A stretch of 64,000 nt of DNA from Yuukianura sp. NJ FZ-2021 (taxonomy: Eukaryota). The notes below the pieces were generated by a model. That model ran no database searches. It saw only the letters and a list, made by a program, of their open reading frames with translations, and was not told the origin of the DNA. Below, piece by piece: positions 51,954 through 64,000 of this stretch. Both the position numbers and the translations under genes were made by a program. Every line of letters starts with the position of its first letter. The stretch's first letter is position 1. The DNA lies in NCBI GenBank assembly GCA_046563655.1, contig CM102283.1, positions 6,200,001-6,264,000 on the forward strand, in the 5' to 3' direction.

Positions 51954-53034
51954 TCACACAATAATTTTACTTGTGTCGCTCTCGTTCAGTTCTGATTCAA
52001 ATACTGCATCTTCCGGATCATCTATTTGCAGCACTGCTGCAGGGGATGACCTTGACCTTGACCTGGGGAAATCTGTGACGTCACTGTTTGGATTCAGAGG
52101 AGTCGAAGCGTCATCAGGCTGATGGTGTGCGGAAGGTAACTGGCGACAACTGATTATTTCTACTAAGCGCACGCGCTGATGTGTTTCTTTCCAGTTCATC
52201 CAGACTCCAATGTGGTACCTTCGCAGACGCATTCAAGAAGTGGTCATTTCCAGAATTCTATAACCTTTGACCTGAAACTTGTTTTTATTAAACTTACTTC
52301 AAGGTCACGTGGCACCAAGTATAGTATACAGCAAGTAAGAAAATGGCAAGGACGATGAGGCCAATGGCTTCCCAGCGCGCATGAGCAAAATACTGCTGAG
52401 CTCCCAGTGAGCACAAATAGGTCGACACAACCAGCAAAGGCGTCAGGAGACAAAAACAGACTATGTCAGCCACCAAGTTACGCACGTTGAACTGATTCGA
52501 GGAGTCCTGGATGTACTGAAATTTTGAAAAAATGGACTTAAAAAATGATTTCAAAATTTAAAACCGCTGAAAGTTTTGTCAACCAGTATATACCTCAGAG
52601 TATGTCCGCGGTTCTCTGGTCGTTTGAAACTGATGTTTACATATCTCGCACTTGTCTGTATTGGAAGAAGTGAGCCAGTGCTCCAGGCACGACGCATGAA
52701 TCAAAGCCAGTGTTCCAGTGCACTTACAAGGTGACACAAGGCTTTCCAGCCCATCTCCTGTAAAACCAACAATACATTGACCTCACTTGACCTCAGGCAA
52801 AACTAGGCGAATTCGAATTGTTAGCCCAACCTTTGTTAGAATCTCACCTTCATGACAAATCCGACAAAAGTTGCTGTTGCTAGAGCCGTTGGGTGATGGG
52901 CGGAACTTGGACTGTTGTGGAACTGATGACCCGTTTTCTGGTGACATGACCCAGATATGATTAGCGTTGTTCTTGAGATCCGGTTGCTGGAACTCAACGG
53001 CAATTGTGGATGACCTCCCACATCCAGAGGTCAT
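51954..53034 (-). CDS. MARCH-family (MARCHF2/3-like) RING-CH E3 ubiquitin ligase with two TM helices. Exons 53034-52848, 52757-52594, 52515-52298, 52218-51954
   Basis: The spliced product contains CRICHEG...SPCKCTGTLALIHASCLEHWL...CEICK (C4HC3 RING-CH), then DIVCFCLLTPL and WEAIGLIVLAIFLLAVY, then WKETHQRVRL. Confidence 0.92.
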
Positions 53035-54084
53035 CTCTACCTGATAAAAGTCCGCTTAATTTGGAAATAACTTTTAGTTCGGACTCGGAGCTTATGATTT
53101 TCGATCTTTCGAAATTGCACAGTTTTTCCTTCCAAGTTATTTCTGACTAAGTGGCCTTTCTTCTGTGGTGAACTGGACGGACTGAACAACGTGCGGTTTC
53201 GTTCCCTTTGTCTTTTTTGTGTTGTTTAGTTTATGTTTTGTGTGGTTTCTGGTATGGATAGGGTAGACTTGGACTGAAATGTTATACAAATGGACCATAA
53301 AGGATTTCAGTAGTAGGTTATTGGTTGGTGGTTGATATTTCGGTGAAGTAGTCCGACGACAGATAAATTGGAAATCGTCTAAAAAAGAACAAAAGGAGTT
53401 GAGTTTGGAGAAGAATGAATTTGGAATCAACTAAAACTGTGCCATCACGAGATGAAAGCTAGTCAGTAGGCTGAGAGTTTGGAAAATGTAATATAGTGGC
53501 CTCCATTTTCACATTTAAGATAATTGTTTCCAGATAACTTAAACTTAAGAGGTAGTTAAAGTTAGGTTTTAGTTTTAAATTGAGGTAAAAATTTAGATTT
53601 AGCGAGGTAAAGTAAAGGTAAACTTTAAAATTATGATTTTTTGTGATGTATTTCTACCAACATTCGTTTCATGTGGATAAGAGAACGCCGAATGGCGTCG
53701 GTACGAAAAAGGCGGGAAAATCAAAGTTCAAATAAAAACATAAACAAGACCATCTGATCATCAGCTGGATCTTTCCCTCTCCAATCTAATCTCGCTTTCA
53801 CTCATCTCATCGCTTCATAATTAAACACATCATCATCATCATCATTAGCATATCTTCATCGATTCCATCATCAACATCATCATCATCATGGCTACATCTG
53901 GATATCATCGTTTCATTTTATCGTAGTATCTTCGCCTCGTCCACAATCTTTGGAGAATCTCATCGTCATCACTTCATCTCTCATGCCCATCATCAGCTGA
54001 CTCCAATCAAAGATCTTCCTTCATGGTCTTTCATTATTCAATTGGTAGCATCTATTATCTAACGATGAAGCTTCATTTGCTTAC

Positions 54085-54348
54085 CTGACATCTTCTGTCG
54101 TTGGGTCGTCAAATCGGACCGTGTACACTGATGTTCGATTGTGATGGGTACGTTAAAATATTTTATGAAACGCATTAAGTTTAAGATGTGCAAATCATCT
54201 GATTGTTGACTTAAGGACTGTCTCATTTTTTCAGTTGAGCGATTACCGACAAGTGCTCATCCAACTCCGGCTGAGAGGGAAGAGGAGGAAGACGATTGAA
54301 TTCGTCATTGCTCGAGCACGATCATATCTTACGAAAAAAAAATGAAAG
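54085..54348. promoter_or_regulatory. Probable bidirectional promoter and first-exon region for the MARCH gene (-) and the downstream + strand gene
   Basis: Minus-strand donor (cttac|ctg) at about 54085. Plus-strand Inr-like TCAGTT at 54231 and ATG AAA G|gtaac at 54342-54349. Confidence 0.4.
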
Positions 54349-57300
54349 GTAACAGTCTGTTATTAAGGTTTTCGAGTTGAATATGATAATCATGACTGTA
54401 ATTCATAACTATTCGATCAAAGTGACGTTGCCCCCGTAGTGGAATTAATAATGTTTGCTTCTGTTCATAGTTTTATGTTCAATTCAATCTCAGCTACAAG
54501 ATGTTCAGTCAGATCTCAGAAGTCAGAAGTTGCCGTTTGCCGGAATTTAGCACGTATGTGTATTGCTTGACGGTTTTCTCGAAAGCAAGCGAGGTTGTGT
54601 CAGTAGTTGTGGAAAGGACGTCAAACGGGCCAATAGAGGGTAGTCAAGTGCTAAAGTCTGAGTGATTCTTCAGTTGTTGTAAAAGTAGGACGGTAAATCT
54701 TTCCGTGATGTGTCTAAAAAGTTTTTAATCTGTGTATTTTGGTTTGGTTGTAGGTTGGGCCGAGGTTAAGAAGTGATAGGGCCAGAACATTCAAACCAGT
54801 TTTCATAAAGAGCAAGTGACGTCTTTTCCCTTTTGTAAACCAGAGAGTTTAGTCAGTGTTGTTGACTTGGTTTGGTTGGTGATGGAATTTTCCTGAGTGT
54901 CTCTTGTTTGTAAAACGTAGGAAAAGAAACATCTTTGTGGTGATGATGATGACGATGATCAAGTAACAACGTGCTACATTGGGACAGCCTGTGAGCTTTC
55001 CTCAATAATAAACACGAACCATTTCTAGATTATCACAAGTTGTTTCAATTAATCGAATCCGGTTATATCCACTTTAAACTGGATTTCTCTGGTCTCAGTC
55101 AATTTCCACCCATTCATACGTTATACATATTTCAAAAAATGTTTTGATTGCTGCTTGACAGTTTTTGTATACTAGTTAGTAGGATAACCTCATCGTGTTT
55201 CACATTTGCAGTTAGGTTCAAGTGATTCTATAGGATTTCTTTCGAACTGAATAACTTAAATGCTTCCTTTCTGCGGAAATTGATTATAAAAGCTTAAGCG
55301 TGCCTCTTTTGACAAACGATACAGCAGAGCATCACATATCTCAATTACAGTAGACCACCTCAAATCGCAACGCGCTGTGATTGGTTGCTTTGATTGGCGT
55401 CTACAGTAAACTCTGATTTCATGGCAAGAGATGTGCTGGGTCACTCAAAAAATGTCAACAGTTGACTTGTTTTAAGTTTGGCTTTCTCGAAAAACGTTAG
55501 GTTTTACGGTATTTCACAGAAAAAAAAAATGTTGCAAGTGGAGAGAATTTCCTGTAGTTGTTTTGTTATGATTTTTTGCTTGGGGATTTTCTCGTTTTTA
55601 GTAAGCATCTTCAACGTTACAACTTTCGGCGCATTTGTTATTAATAGTTGAAGCCACTCCTTATTAAGTCCTGCTGACGTCTGAATTTGGTTGACTCAAT
55701 TTGAGGTTGTTCATCCTGTTTAATACGATCTATATGCTTGTAAGTTCATCTTTTATCCAAGCAGTTGTTAAGTGCATCTGAAGATGCTGATAAGCCTTAA
55801 TCATCTCTCCAGCCATTAACTGACTCCGCCCCATGTTCGCTTAGCATCTTCTTCGCTAAGATGCTGGATACAGTAGTTGGTGGTATCCTATAATTACTAC
55901 TTGAATAGTAATGGCACGGAGGATACCCTGCATCGTAATTTACGATTCGTAAAAGTGAGACGAAAGAGCGTATGACGTAAAGGAATTGAGTGAAAACGTA
56001 AAGTTATTCCAAAACAGTTTGTTTTTGCAACACTTATGAAATTGTTTTTCTAGCTTGTTGTTTGTGAGAACAATAAAGATTATGGTCCAGCACATTCGCA
56101 AATTTTAAAAACTGAATTTAGATTTGAATATATGCAGGTAAAAGCGTCGTCTATTTTTCTGAAAAAGTAATCCTGAATTATAGGTGAAGATGAATTCAAC
56201 TTAGTTGGATCGGAAGCATTTCAAAAAATATTCAGATTGTGAATGTGATTGCGCATTTTTATATGCCGTAAATCTTCAAATTGTGCCCGGGTATTAATTT
56301 GTATTTGAAATTTGGACGGGTGCACAGTGGAAATTTTTCACAAGTTGTAAGACTTTTTTTTTGTATTAAGGTTTTGGAAAAAACTATTGATTCTACGTGC
56401 ATGAATTGTGAAATGGCGGAAAAATTTGCCCCGGGCGATTTTTAAAAAAAAACCGAGGAATTATTAATAGGAAGCTGGATGCTATTTGAAGCTTTACGGT
56501 AACTATTTTTTCTTCACAATTCGCACTAAAGTTAGTGCTGAATTTGAATCCGGTGTAATTCATTTCTTTGTTTTTCCAATTATTACCAATTATGGGCACG
56601 CTTTGTTGCAAAAAGTTGGCAAACGTCTTAATCAATGTCGTGCAAATTGCAAAAAAAGTACAACCGAAAGACCTTGGACTTTCCTTTACAAATGTCCAAG
56701 ATTTCTTGGAAGGAACAACAGATTTTTTTTCTTTCATGGTTTAGATGATTCGGAATTTTAAAGAACAATAGATCTTCTTTTCGACGGATTTTTTTGTTTG
56801 TCCAGAAATCCTTGAACCCGCTCATCGACTGGTCAATTTTCTGTGGTCAGTTCCACTAATGGCGAGGCCATTTTAGAATGAATTGGCAAAATAATATGAA
56901 TTGGATTGCCGATTGACGAGTTAAAGAGAGATCTTATTTGCTTAAAAAAAAATTAAAATTTCAAATTTTGACAAGCTAAGATGATCCGATTCTGGATAAA
57001 GATTTTCACACCTTAGCATTTCTGCAACTTTTTTTTACTTGGAGCGATTAGGGGTCACGCCTACTTCCACTTAAGTTGTGCTGATAGTCACGTGACGCCG
57101 ACACCGTAAAGTCTAAGTGTGCAAATTGATGATGAGCTGCTTCTTCCAAGTATTTTAGTCCTGTACTTATAATTGACTTGAAATGGCTAAAATGACGAAA
57201 TGTGCTTGTGGTATTTAGTAGCGGTGGAGCTTAAGTGTTAAATATGGAGGGATTCTGGTGGCAAAATTATTTTAAATTTTCGCGCGTTAAAAAACGTTTC

Positions 57301-57429
57301 GCGCATTAAAAACACCATTTTTCGCCATTTAAAACAATGCGCGAAAACTGTTTTTAATTGGCAAAACGTTTATTGCAGGAAAAGTAAATTGCAGGAAAAA
57401 ATCAATTGCGGTAACTCTATTGCAGTAAA

Positions 57430-57895
57430 AACTTGTTTTTTTACCATTTCAAAATTTGTCTTTTACCATTTAAAATTTTGCCATTTACCATTTAAAGTTT
57501 TGTCATTTACCATTTAAAAGCTTGTTTTTTCCCATTTAAAAATTTTGTCATTTACCGTTTAAACTTGTTTTTTACCATTTAAAAATTTTGTCATTTACCA
57601 TTTAAAAGCTTGTTTTTTCCCATTTAAAAATTTTGTCATTTACCGTTTAAACTTGTTTTTTACCATTTAAAAATTTTGTCATTTACCATTTAAAACTTTG
57701 TTTTTTACCATTTAAAAGCTTGTTTTTTACCATTTAAAAGTTTGCTTTTTACCATTTCAAATTTTGTGGTTTACCGTTTAAAATTTTGTCTTTTGCCATT
57801 AAAATTTTGTCTTTTGCCATTTCAGTTTTGCATTTTGCCATTTCAAACTCTGTCTTTTACCGTTTCAAAGTTTGTCATTTAAAAGTTTGTTTTTC
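57430..57895. repeat. Degenerate 21-23-bp tandem repeat (tttaccatttaaaa-ttttgtc type) in the left arm, mirrored at about 58887-59265
   Basis: Repeated tttaccatttaaaa motif. An 88-bp block (57516-57603) is duplicated in the left arm only. Confidence 0.9.
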
Positions 57896-58187
57896 GCCAA
57901 TTGATTGCACTAAAAGTCCCACATGGCCCAGGTCCCCGTGCAAAGATGGGCAAATAAATTATTCCTAATCTTAATTGTTTCGTTAAGCTAACTACGTCAT
58001 AAACATGAAAATAATCTACTAAAATTAATGGATATTTTTTGTATTAATTACATTAATATTTAAGGCGCCTAATGGTTATTAAATACAATGCTGTTGGTTG
58101 TAGCATTTGTTCATTTGGACATTGACAAAGTGACAAGTCACAAGCCGGTTGACGTAAGGTATACCATGCACAATTGTACATTGTAGC

Positions 58188-58594
58188 CAGTGTTGGTGGA
58201 TTTTTAAACTTCCATTGGCTTAATTGCCACTTCCACTGGATATCCACTGGAAGAAATGCTCCCGAAATGGATGAAACTTCTAGTGGATGGAAGAAACGAA
58301 GAATTTAGCGCGAAATTCAAAAAAATTCAAATTTAAAATTACAAAATAATATGAAAATGAGTTCCCTTCATCGTTAAAATTTATTATTTATTTAAAACTC
58401 AGACAAAAACGATATTTCCTTCGTTTTTGTACGGTATTTTGAATTGTTCAATCTTGTTGTATTTAATTAATTAAAACCCCGCGGGCAAAGCCTCCGCCCC
58501 TTTGGATTCATCCATTTCGGGAGCATTTCTTCCAGTGGATATCTAGTGGAAGTGGCAATTAAGCCATTGAACGTTTAAGCATCCACCAACACTG
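58188..58594. mobile_element. hAT-like MITE at the centre of the palindrome
   Basis: Termini CAGTGTTGGTGGAT...ATCCACCAACACTG; about 88-bp imperfect TIRs around the 231-bp spacer. Confidence 0.55.
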
Positions 58595-60965
58595 GCTACA
58601 ATGTACAATTGTGCATGGTATACCTTACGTCAACCGGCTTGTGACTTGTCACTTTGTCAATGTCCAAATGAACAAATGCTACAACCAACAGCATTGTATT
58701 TAATAACCATTAGGCGCCTTAAATATTAATGTAATTAATACAAAAAATATCCATTAATTTTAGTAGATTATTTTCATGTTTATGACGTAGTTAGCTTAAC
58801 GAAACAATTAAGATTAGGAATAATTTATTTGCCCATCTTTGCACGGGGACCTGGGCCATGTGGGACTTTTAGTGCAATCAATTGGCGAAAAACAAACTTT
58901 TAAATGACAAACTTTGAAACGGTAAAAGACAGAGTTTGAAATGGCAAAATGCAAAACTGAAATGGCAAAAGACAAAATTTTAATGGCAAAAGACAAAATT
59001 TTAAACGGTAAACCACAAAATTTGAAATGGTAAAAAGCAAACTTTTAAATGGTAAAAAACAAGCTTTTAAATGGTAAAAAACAAAGTTTTAAATGGTAAA
59101 TGACAAAATTTTTAAATGGTAAAAAACAAGTTTAAACGGTAAATGACAAAATTTTTAAATGGGAAAAAACAAGCTTTTAAATGGTAAATGACAAAACTTT
59201 AAATGGTAAATGGCAAAATTTTAAATGGTAAAAGACAAATTTTGAAATGGTAAAGAAACAAGTTTTTACTGCAATAGAGTTACCGCAATTGACTTTTTCC
59301 TGCAATTTACTTTTCCTGCAATAAACGTTTCGCCAATTAAAAACAGTTTTCGCGCATTGTTTTAAATGGCGAAAAATGCTGTTTTTAATGCGCGAAACGT
59401 TTTTTAACGCGCGAAAATGTAAAATAATTTTGCCACCAGAATCCCTCCATAGTTAAATACTGCCATGACCTCGCCTGCTCCTTCATGATCTGCATGCATT
59501 TGTAATTATGATCTGGGTGATGGAATATTTAGACTCAATTAGCATCTCAAATCTCTACCTCATATAACATAGTCATTTCCCTTTTATATGCTTTTAATAA
59601 ATATATTCATAGTATTTATTAATAAATATATTTAGTATTTGATCGCAGCCTAGCATGAGTTAATCGCTGCGAATAATTTACGCGAGTATTAATATTTAAA
59701 GCTGGGTTTGGAAATGGCAGCTAAGCGGTTATTACTTTTGAAAATTGTAGCAAATCTGTGACTCTCCTTGAACTTTGACACTGCAGAGTTTGTAGGGCGA
59801 GTAAAAATAGAACCAAGGAGATCTGGAAATATTTTGATGAAATCACCGCCCCATCAACTGGCCGACGCTTTTAATCTCCTTAGTTTTTAGCCAGTTTGGC
59901 TTGGTTCTTCTAAAAGTAATTCCGTTCAAGGAAATGGAGTTGAGAAATTGAATTGTGGAACAGGAGCAGATGATGATTGTAGATTGTAGTTAAAGTAAAG
60001 TTAAGTAACTTATTTTTAGTTAACAAAATCTCTAATTTCTAATTGGGATTGGGTTGTTGGTTTTACAAAAAGAAGAACAAAAATGACGCATCCTATACGC
60101 GAAGTGGTTGCTTGGGATGAGTTGAAGGTGAAGGTTGGATTGATTACTCAATGAATTTCTGTCACCCTACCCTAATAACACAACCTTTTTGGCTAACGTT
60201 GAAGTGGTTAACTATTAACTTAGAATTGGAATTCCGATGTGATTTGGATAGATCAGATGATAGATTTTTTATGAACTGAGCAAACGTAAGTTATGTTGGG
60301 GCATTTTTTTTTGAAGTGGCGTCATCCATCAATCTGCCTGATATTATTTAGTAATCACCTCATCTCTCCAGGACTCGACGTGATAATTGTAAAAATTGTT
60401 GATGAATCTGGAAGTGGGGAAAGAGGAGAGTGTTTGTCACAGGATCTGAAGAGAAGTTATTGTATGGCAGTGCTAATCGTTTAGCAATTTGTCCCTGGTA
60501 GTGTTCACTGCCAATGTCATGAGGTTGCATTTTGCAGTGTAAGTTAGAGTCTCCTTCTGCGCCGCTCATGCCAAGGCCTAGCGGAAGTGTCAAGTGTGAA
60601 GGTGTTTAGAGCCAATTATCATCTACAAAAGCATTATGCTTTTGTAGTGTAACTCGGTTACGTTAGCAAACACTCCCCGCGTCAAAATTTTCCAAATTTA
60701 TCCCTCCAGTTTGGTTTCCAGTTTTTTATTTTTCCAGATTTTTATTCCTTACAGCATCTGCATCCCAAGTGACGCATCAGAGTGACGGAAATACGTGATT
60801 AGATTTGTGTGATCGAGTAGGGTGTGATCCTGGTCAAAGAATATTTGACCTTTGAACTTTGAAGTTCCGAGTGTCAAGTGTATTTGTGCATCTGAGCAAG
60901 CAGAGTTGTATTTGTTTTTGTTTCACTTAAGTACCCTACCAAGTGCCCTTGACTTATGTTTGCAG

Positions 60966-61205
60966 ATGATCCAAAGATGGACTACTTCTTTGGAGTGGGA
61001 AATCCATGGTCGTTTCTGGACCAGAAGGAATGCAGAGGAGGATTGAATACGGTGACGGCAAGTATGTCGTCAAATGGATCGGTCATGACATTTCCAAATG
61101 CATGTGTATTGAATGCTGGATCAATGGGCCGGTCGTCATCAGCAGCGTCAATGGGAACGCTGGGTCCGGAAGACAAAACAATGGATCGCTATTTGGCGTC
61201 GAAAC
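60966..61205 (+). CDS. Coding exon of an unidentified gene that continues beyond the window; possible upstream exon ATG AAA G at 54342-54348
   Basis: tttgcag|...|gtaag bounds a 240-nt open, phase 1-1 exon with raised GC: DPKMDYFFGVGNPWSFLDQKECRGG...EDKTMDRYLASK. Confidence 0.6.
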
Positions 61206-64000
61206 GTAAGCTTCCCAGTTAGCACAAACCGACCATGTCCTAAATGGTTTTTCTAGATTCCATTTTGAAGTTGGCGGGAAAATGTGTTTCGAATTTGAAT
61301 TTTCCCGAATTTTAAATCTTTGTAATTTTTAGTGCTACACGTTTAGGATCAGTGTCGGTTTTTGCATAAAATTGACAATTTGGCACTTAACCGTGTAGTC
61401 TGTCAGTTTTCTTAGCCGTAGTGCTCCACGCGTGATGCCTGGGTATGAGTTGAACTTGAGAATAATTTAAGTTCAGGGCTTATTACACGTTAGCTTAAAA
61501 GTGTGATATACATAGGTTAGGTATTTAACGAAAGTAAAGCCTATTTCACACTTACAATTTACGTGGCAGCGATATTGCTGCACATCAAAATTGTCATCAA
61601 AATTGGTAGTGTGAAATACAAATTTTGATGCCACCAATATTGGTGCAGCCCTTGCACCAATATTGCTGCTGCACTTTTCTGGATTTGATTTTCGAATCCG
61701 AAAAGGTGTTGCAGAAAAATTGTCGTTCTCTGATTGGCTCATATGGTTCCCGCACACAATTCAAATTGTGAGACTGCTTTTTGTCTCAACTTTTTTTCTC
61801 TTCCGTCACTTCTCATTTGAATTTCGAATTCCAATTACAAAAATAACTTACTCGAGTTAATTATTAAGGGACTAATTAACGTTTTAAGTAAGTTATTAGA
61901 TGAAAGTGATTATAATTAAACATTATTTGCCTCAATTCTTATCATACTTTCGCAAATAATTAACTAACTTATTTGTCTCGTCCCATATGTTCTGTCGGAA
62001 TATTGGTGTCACTCAAATTGGTAGTGTGAACGACCACCCAATTTGAGTGACTTTGAAATTGGCCAATGAAAATGCCAGGAATACCGCTGACACGTTCATT
62101 GTAAGTCTGAAATAGGCTTAAGTGACTCTAATTTCCTAGAGATGGTAATTGAGTTAAGCAAAAGTGCTTTTCGAGTATGCTGATTGGGTAAGGTGCTCTT
62201 TGATTTATGCGTTGAGCTATCGAGACTCCTCATCTCTGTATTCATTTTGTGCAAAAAACATGGCAAAAATAGGTTCCATTGTAATTGTAATAAGTAAAAT
62301 GCAAAGAACAAAAGACATTGTATGGTTGTTAGGCTAGGTTGAATTGAATTGAGTCTTCTGGAAGACGGAACACCTTCAATTATCTAATTTTGTGGTTCCA
62401 TTAAAATGGATGAGGGATTTAACGGTTTTGACCTCTGCTGCTACTGCTGCTTGTTGGCTGGGCTGGAAAAGAGTGAGGTGGAGACTGAACGTGTCTAATT
62501 TGCCAAGCTTTGGCAAAATTTTTGGCAATTTAAGTGGTGATTTGAACTCTTTTGAGCGCCACTGGCTACACTTACAACGTTAGCGAGTTCCATAGTGGTG
62601 GGGATAATCTGTGAAAATGGATTTGGACATTGGACAATAAGTGGCGATTTTTGCCAGAGAATGAAATGCCCATCAAATTTTGTGGTTATGTCCGCAGACT
62701 TTTTTTCTTGTCCAGAATTGTTCTTGGAAATGGGTAATTGGAGGTAACGTAATATGTTGCTCCTGGTTTTGGTGAAAGAGATATGACTTAATTGAGCTTC
62801 TAATGTTGACTTAATGAGTCTTAGTTGTTAACTGTTGCGACTGTGCAAGCGAAGATAAGACTAACTTCGACTTAGTTTAGACGGCCATTGTTGCAGGGGA
62901 GTGGCGTAGAAAGAGATTAACGGCGTTTTTTGAAGAAATGGCGGCGCTACTTTGTTACTTCTGTTTTTAAGCGTAAGGAAATTCGGTTTATGTGAAAGTA
63001 AAAGTAAGTTTAAATGCAGAGTTTTCTGTAGTTTTGGCCATGAATTTGAGGCTGTTTGGGGGTCAAGTGGAATGCTTTAATTTTGAAGGTGCTTCTTTTC
63101 AGTTACGTTTTGTTTAGCTTAGGTTATCGTGTTATGAAGTTAGTATTTTGTATTTGAGTGTTTGTTGGGAGCGGATGACGAATGCAAGGTTAGCAAGTTC
63201 CATTTCTGTTCGCGAATTATTGTGTAATTGCAGTTTGGCAGAATGAGACTTGTTCCAGAGACTGTTTTTTGATTAGTGGTGTTCCCCGTTCTACAAAGTC
63301 CAGCCCTTAACCAATTTTTATGGGTGGCATGACTCTTCAAGTAAAAGAAGAAACTGATGAACTTTTGGAGAGTTACGTACTATATACTATGCATTGTAAC
63401 TGCAAGTAGTTGCTGGAGAATTCAGTAGTCTTGGGACTAATTGTACAATCGTGACTTACGTAATGAAGTTTTTAGCGCCATCGTACTTTAGGTGGTGGTT
63501 GAGGGTTCGTCTCCTTGTTCTTTGGGGTGGGTATGATCTTCTGTAAGAGCCAAAAAGAACCACTTGTTGCCAGGAACATAGTTTGGCGTTGTAGATTTGG
63601 ACTTTGTGTGATACGAGAGTTCTTGGGAGTGGGATCAAAGGCGTCACTTCAGTCTTCGGCCGAAGCTTCCCGAGTAACCATCTCTCCTAACTTAGCTTAG
63701 CTTCTTAACTTTTTGTTAAAGTAAAGTCCAAAGGTCAAAGTCCAGCACTTATTGAACAACGACTAAACGTGATTTATGCATCGACTAAAGCCTGGTCTCC
63801 ACCGAAAGTTTCGACGTCGCGGTTAAGCAGAGCGAAAAGTAAAAAGTGATTTTTTGGCGTCCCAGGACGTTTGTCTTTGTTGAGATTTTGTGAATGTGGT
63901 GGCAGTGGGCTAGAAAGTCCTCTACGTAGAAGTGGAATATGGTCAAGTGTCTTCAACATCTAAGGAAATACTGCGGTAGTGGGAAAAGCTACGTGCTTAT

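Larger units (their letters stand above)
57243..59451. mobile_element. Foldback-type non-autonomous element: about 1-kb inverted arms with internal tandem repeats and a 231-bp spacer
   Basis: Arms 57243-58275 and 58507-59451 are reverse complements (the same 60-aa ORF is called on opposite strands). Ends TATGGAGGGATTCTGGTGGC and GCCACCAGAATCCCTCCATA. Flanking direct repeat GTTAAA(TA) at 57237 and 59452. No transposase ORF. Confidence 0.9.

Noticed and set aside
53820-53990. (CAT)n-rich tract suggesting a poly-His or poly-Asp exon
   Set aside because: Interrupted by stops and lacking splice context; a simple microsatellite-like sequence.
57430-57895. Regularly spaced repeats resembling a CRISPR array
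   Set aside because: Degenerate tandem units without unique spacers, no cas genes, eukaryotic context; part of the foldback arm.
57786-58996. Identical 60-aa ORFs on opposite strands
   Set aside because: A by-product of the palindrome and its tandem repeats; non-ATG start and no coding features.

Overview
Eukaryotic (arthropod) nuclear DNA: AT-rich, many short GT-AG introns, no prokaryotic operon, rRNA, tRNA or CRISPR signal. The orphan gene families suggest a springtail or mite, but this is inference only. Positions 1-10.8 kb hold a dense cluster of seven lineage-specific genes: a Cys-rich, probably GPI-anchored protein; an acidic repeat protein; a secreted Pro-Thr-Met repeat protein; a secreted C-type-lectin/coiled-coil/phage-tail-fibre-like fusion; a Gly/Tyr-rich cuticle-type protein; a Cys/Pro-rich protein; and a small membrane protein. 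Conserved genes follow: innexin shaking-B (+), crumbs (-), a divergent HCN-like channel (+), a GLUT/SLC2 sugar transporter with three candidate first exons (+), an SLC17/sialin-like transporter (+), a MARCH RING-CH E3 ligase (-), and the 5' part of an unidentified + strand gene. The putative first intron of that last gene contains a 2.2-kb near-perfect palindrome (foldback-type element) with a hAT-like MITE at its centre. The most notable observations are the lectin/phage-fibre-like fusion, the nested palindrome, a decayed copy of the innexin N-terminal exon inside shakB intron 3, and clustered AGGTCA repeats in short introns. Exon boundaries were derived by hand from splice consensus and frame continuity; no database searches were run.
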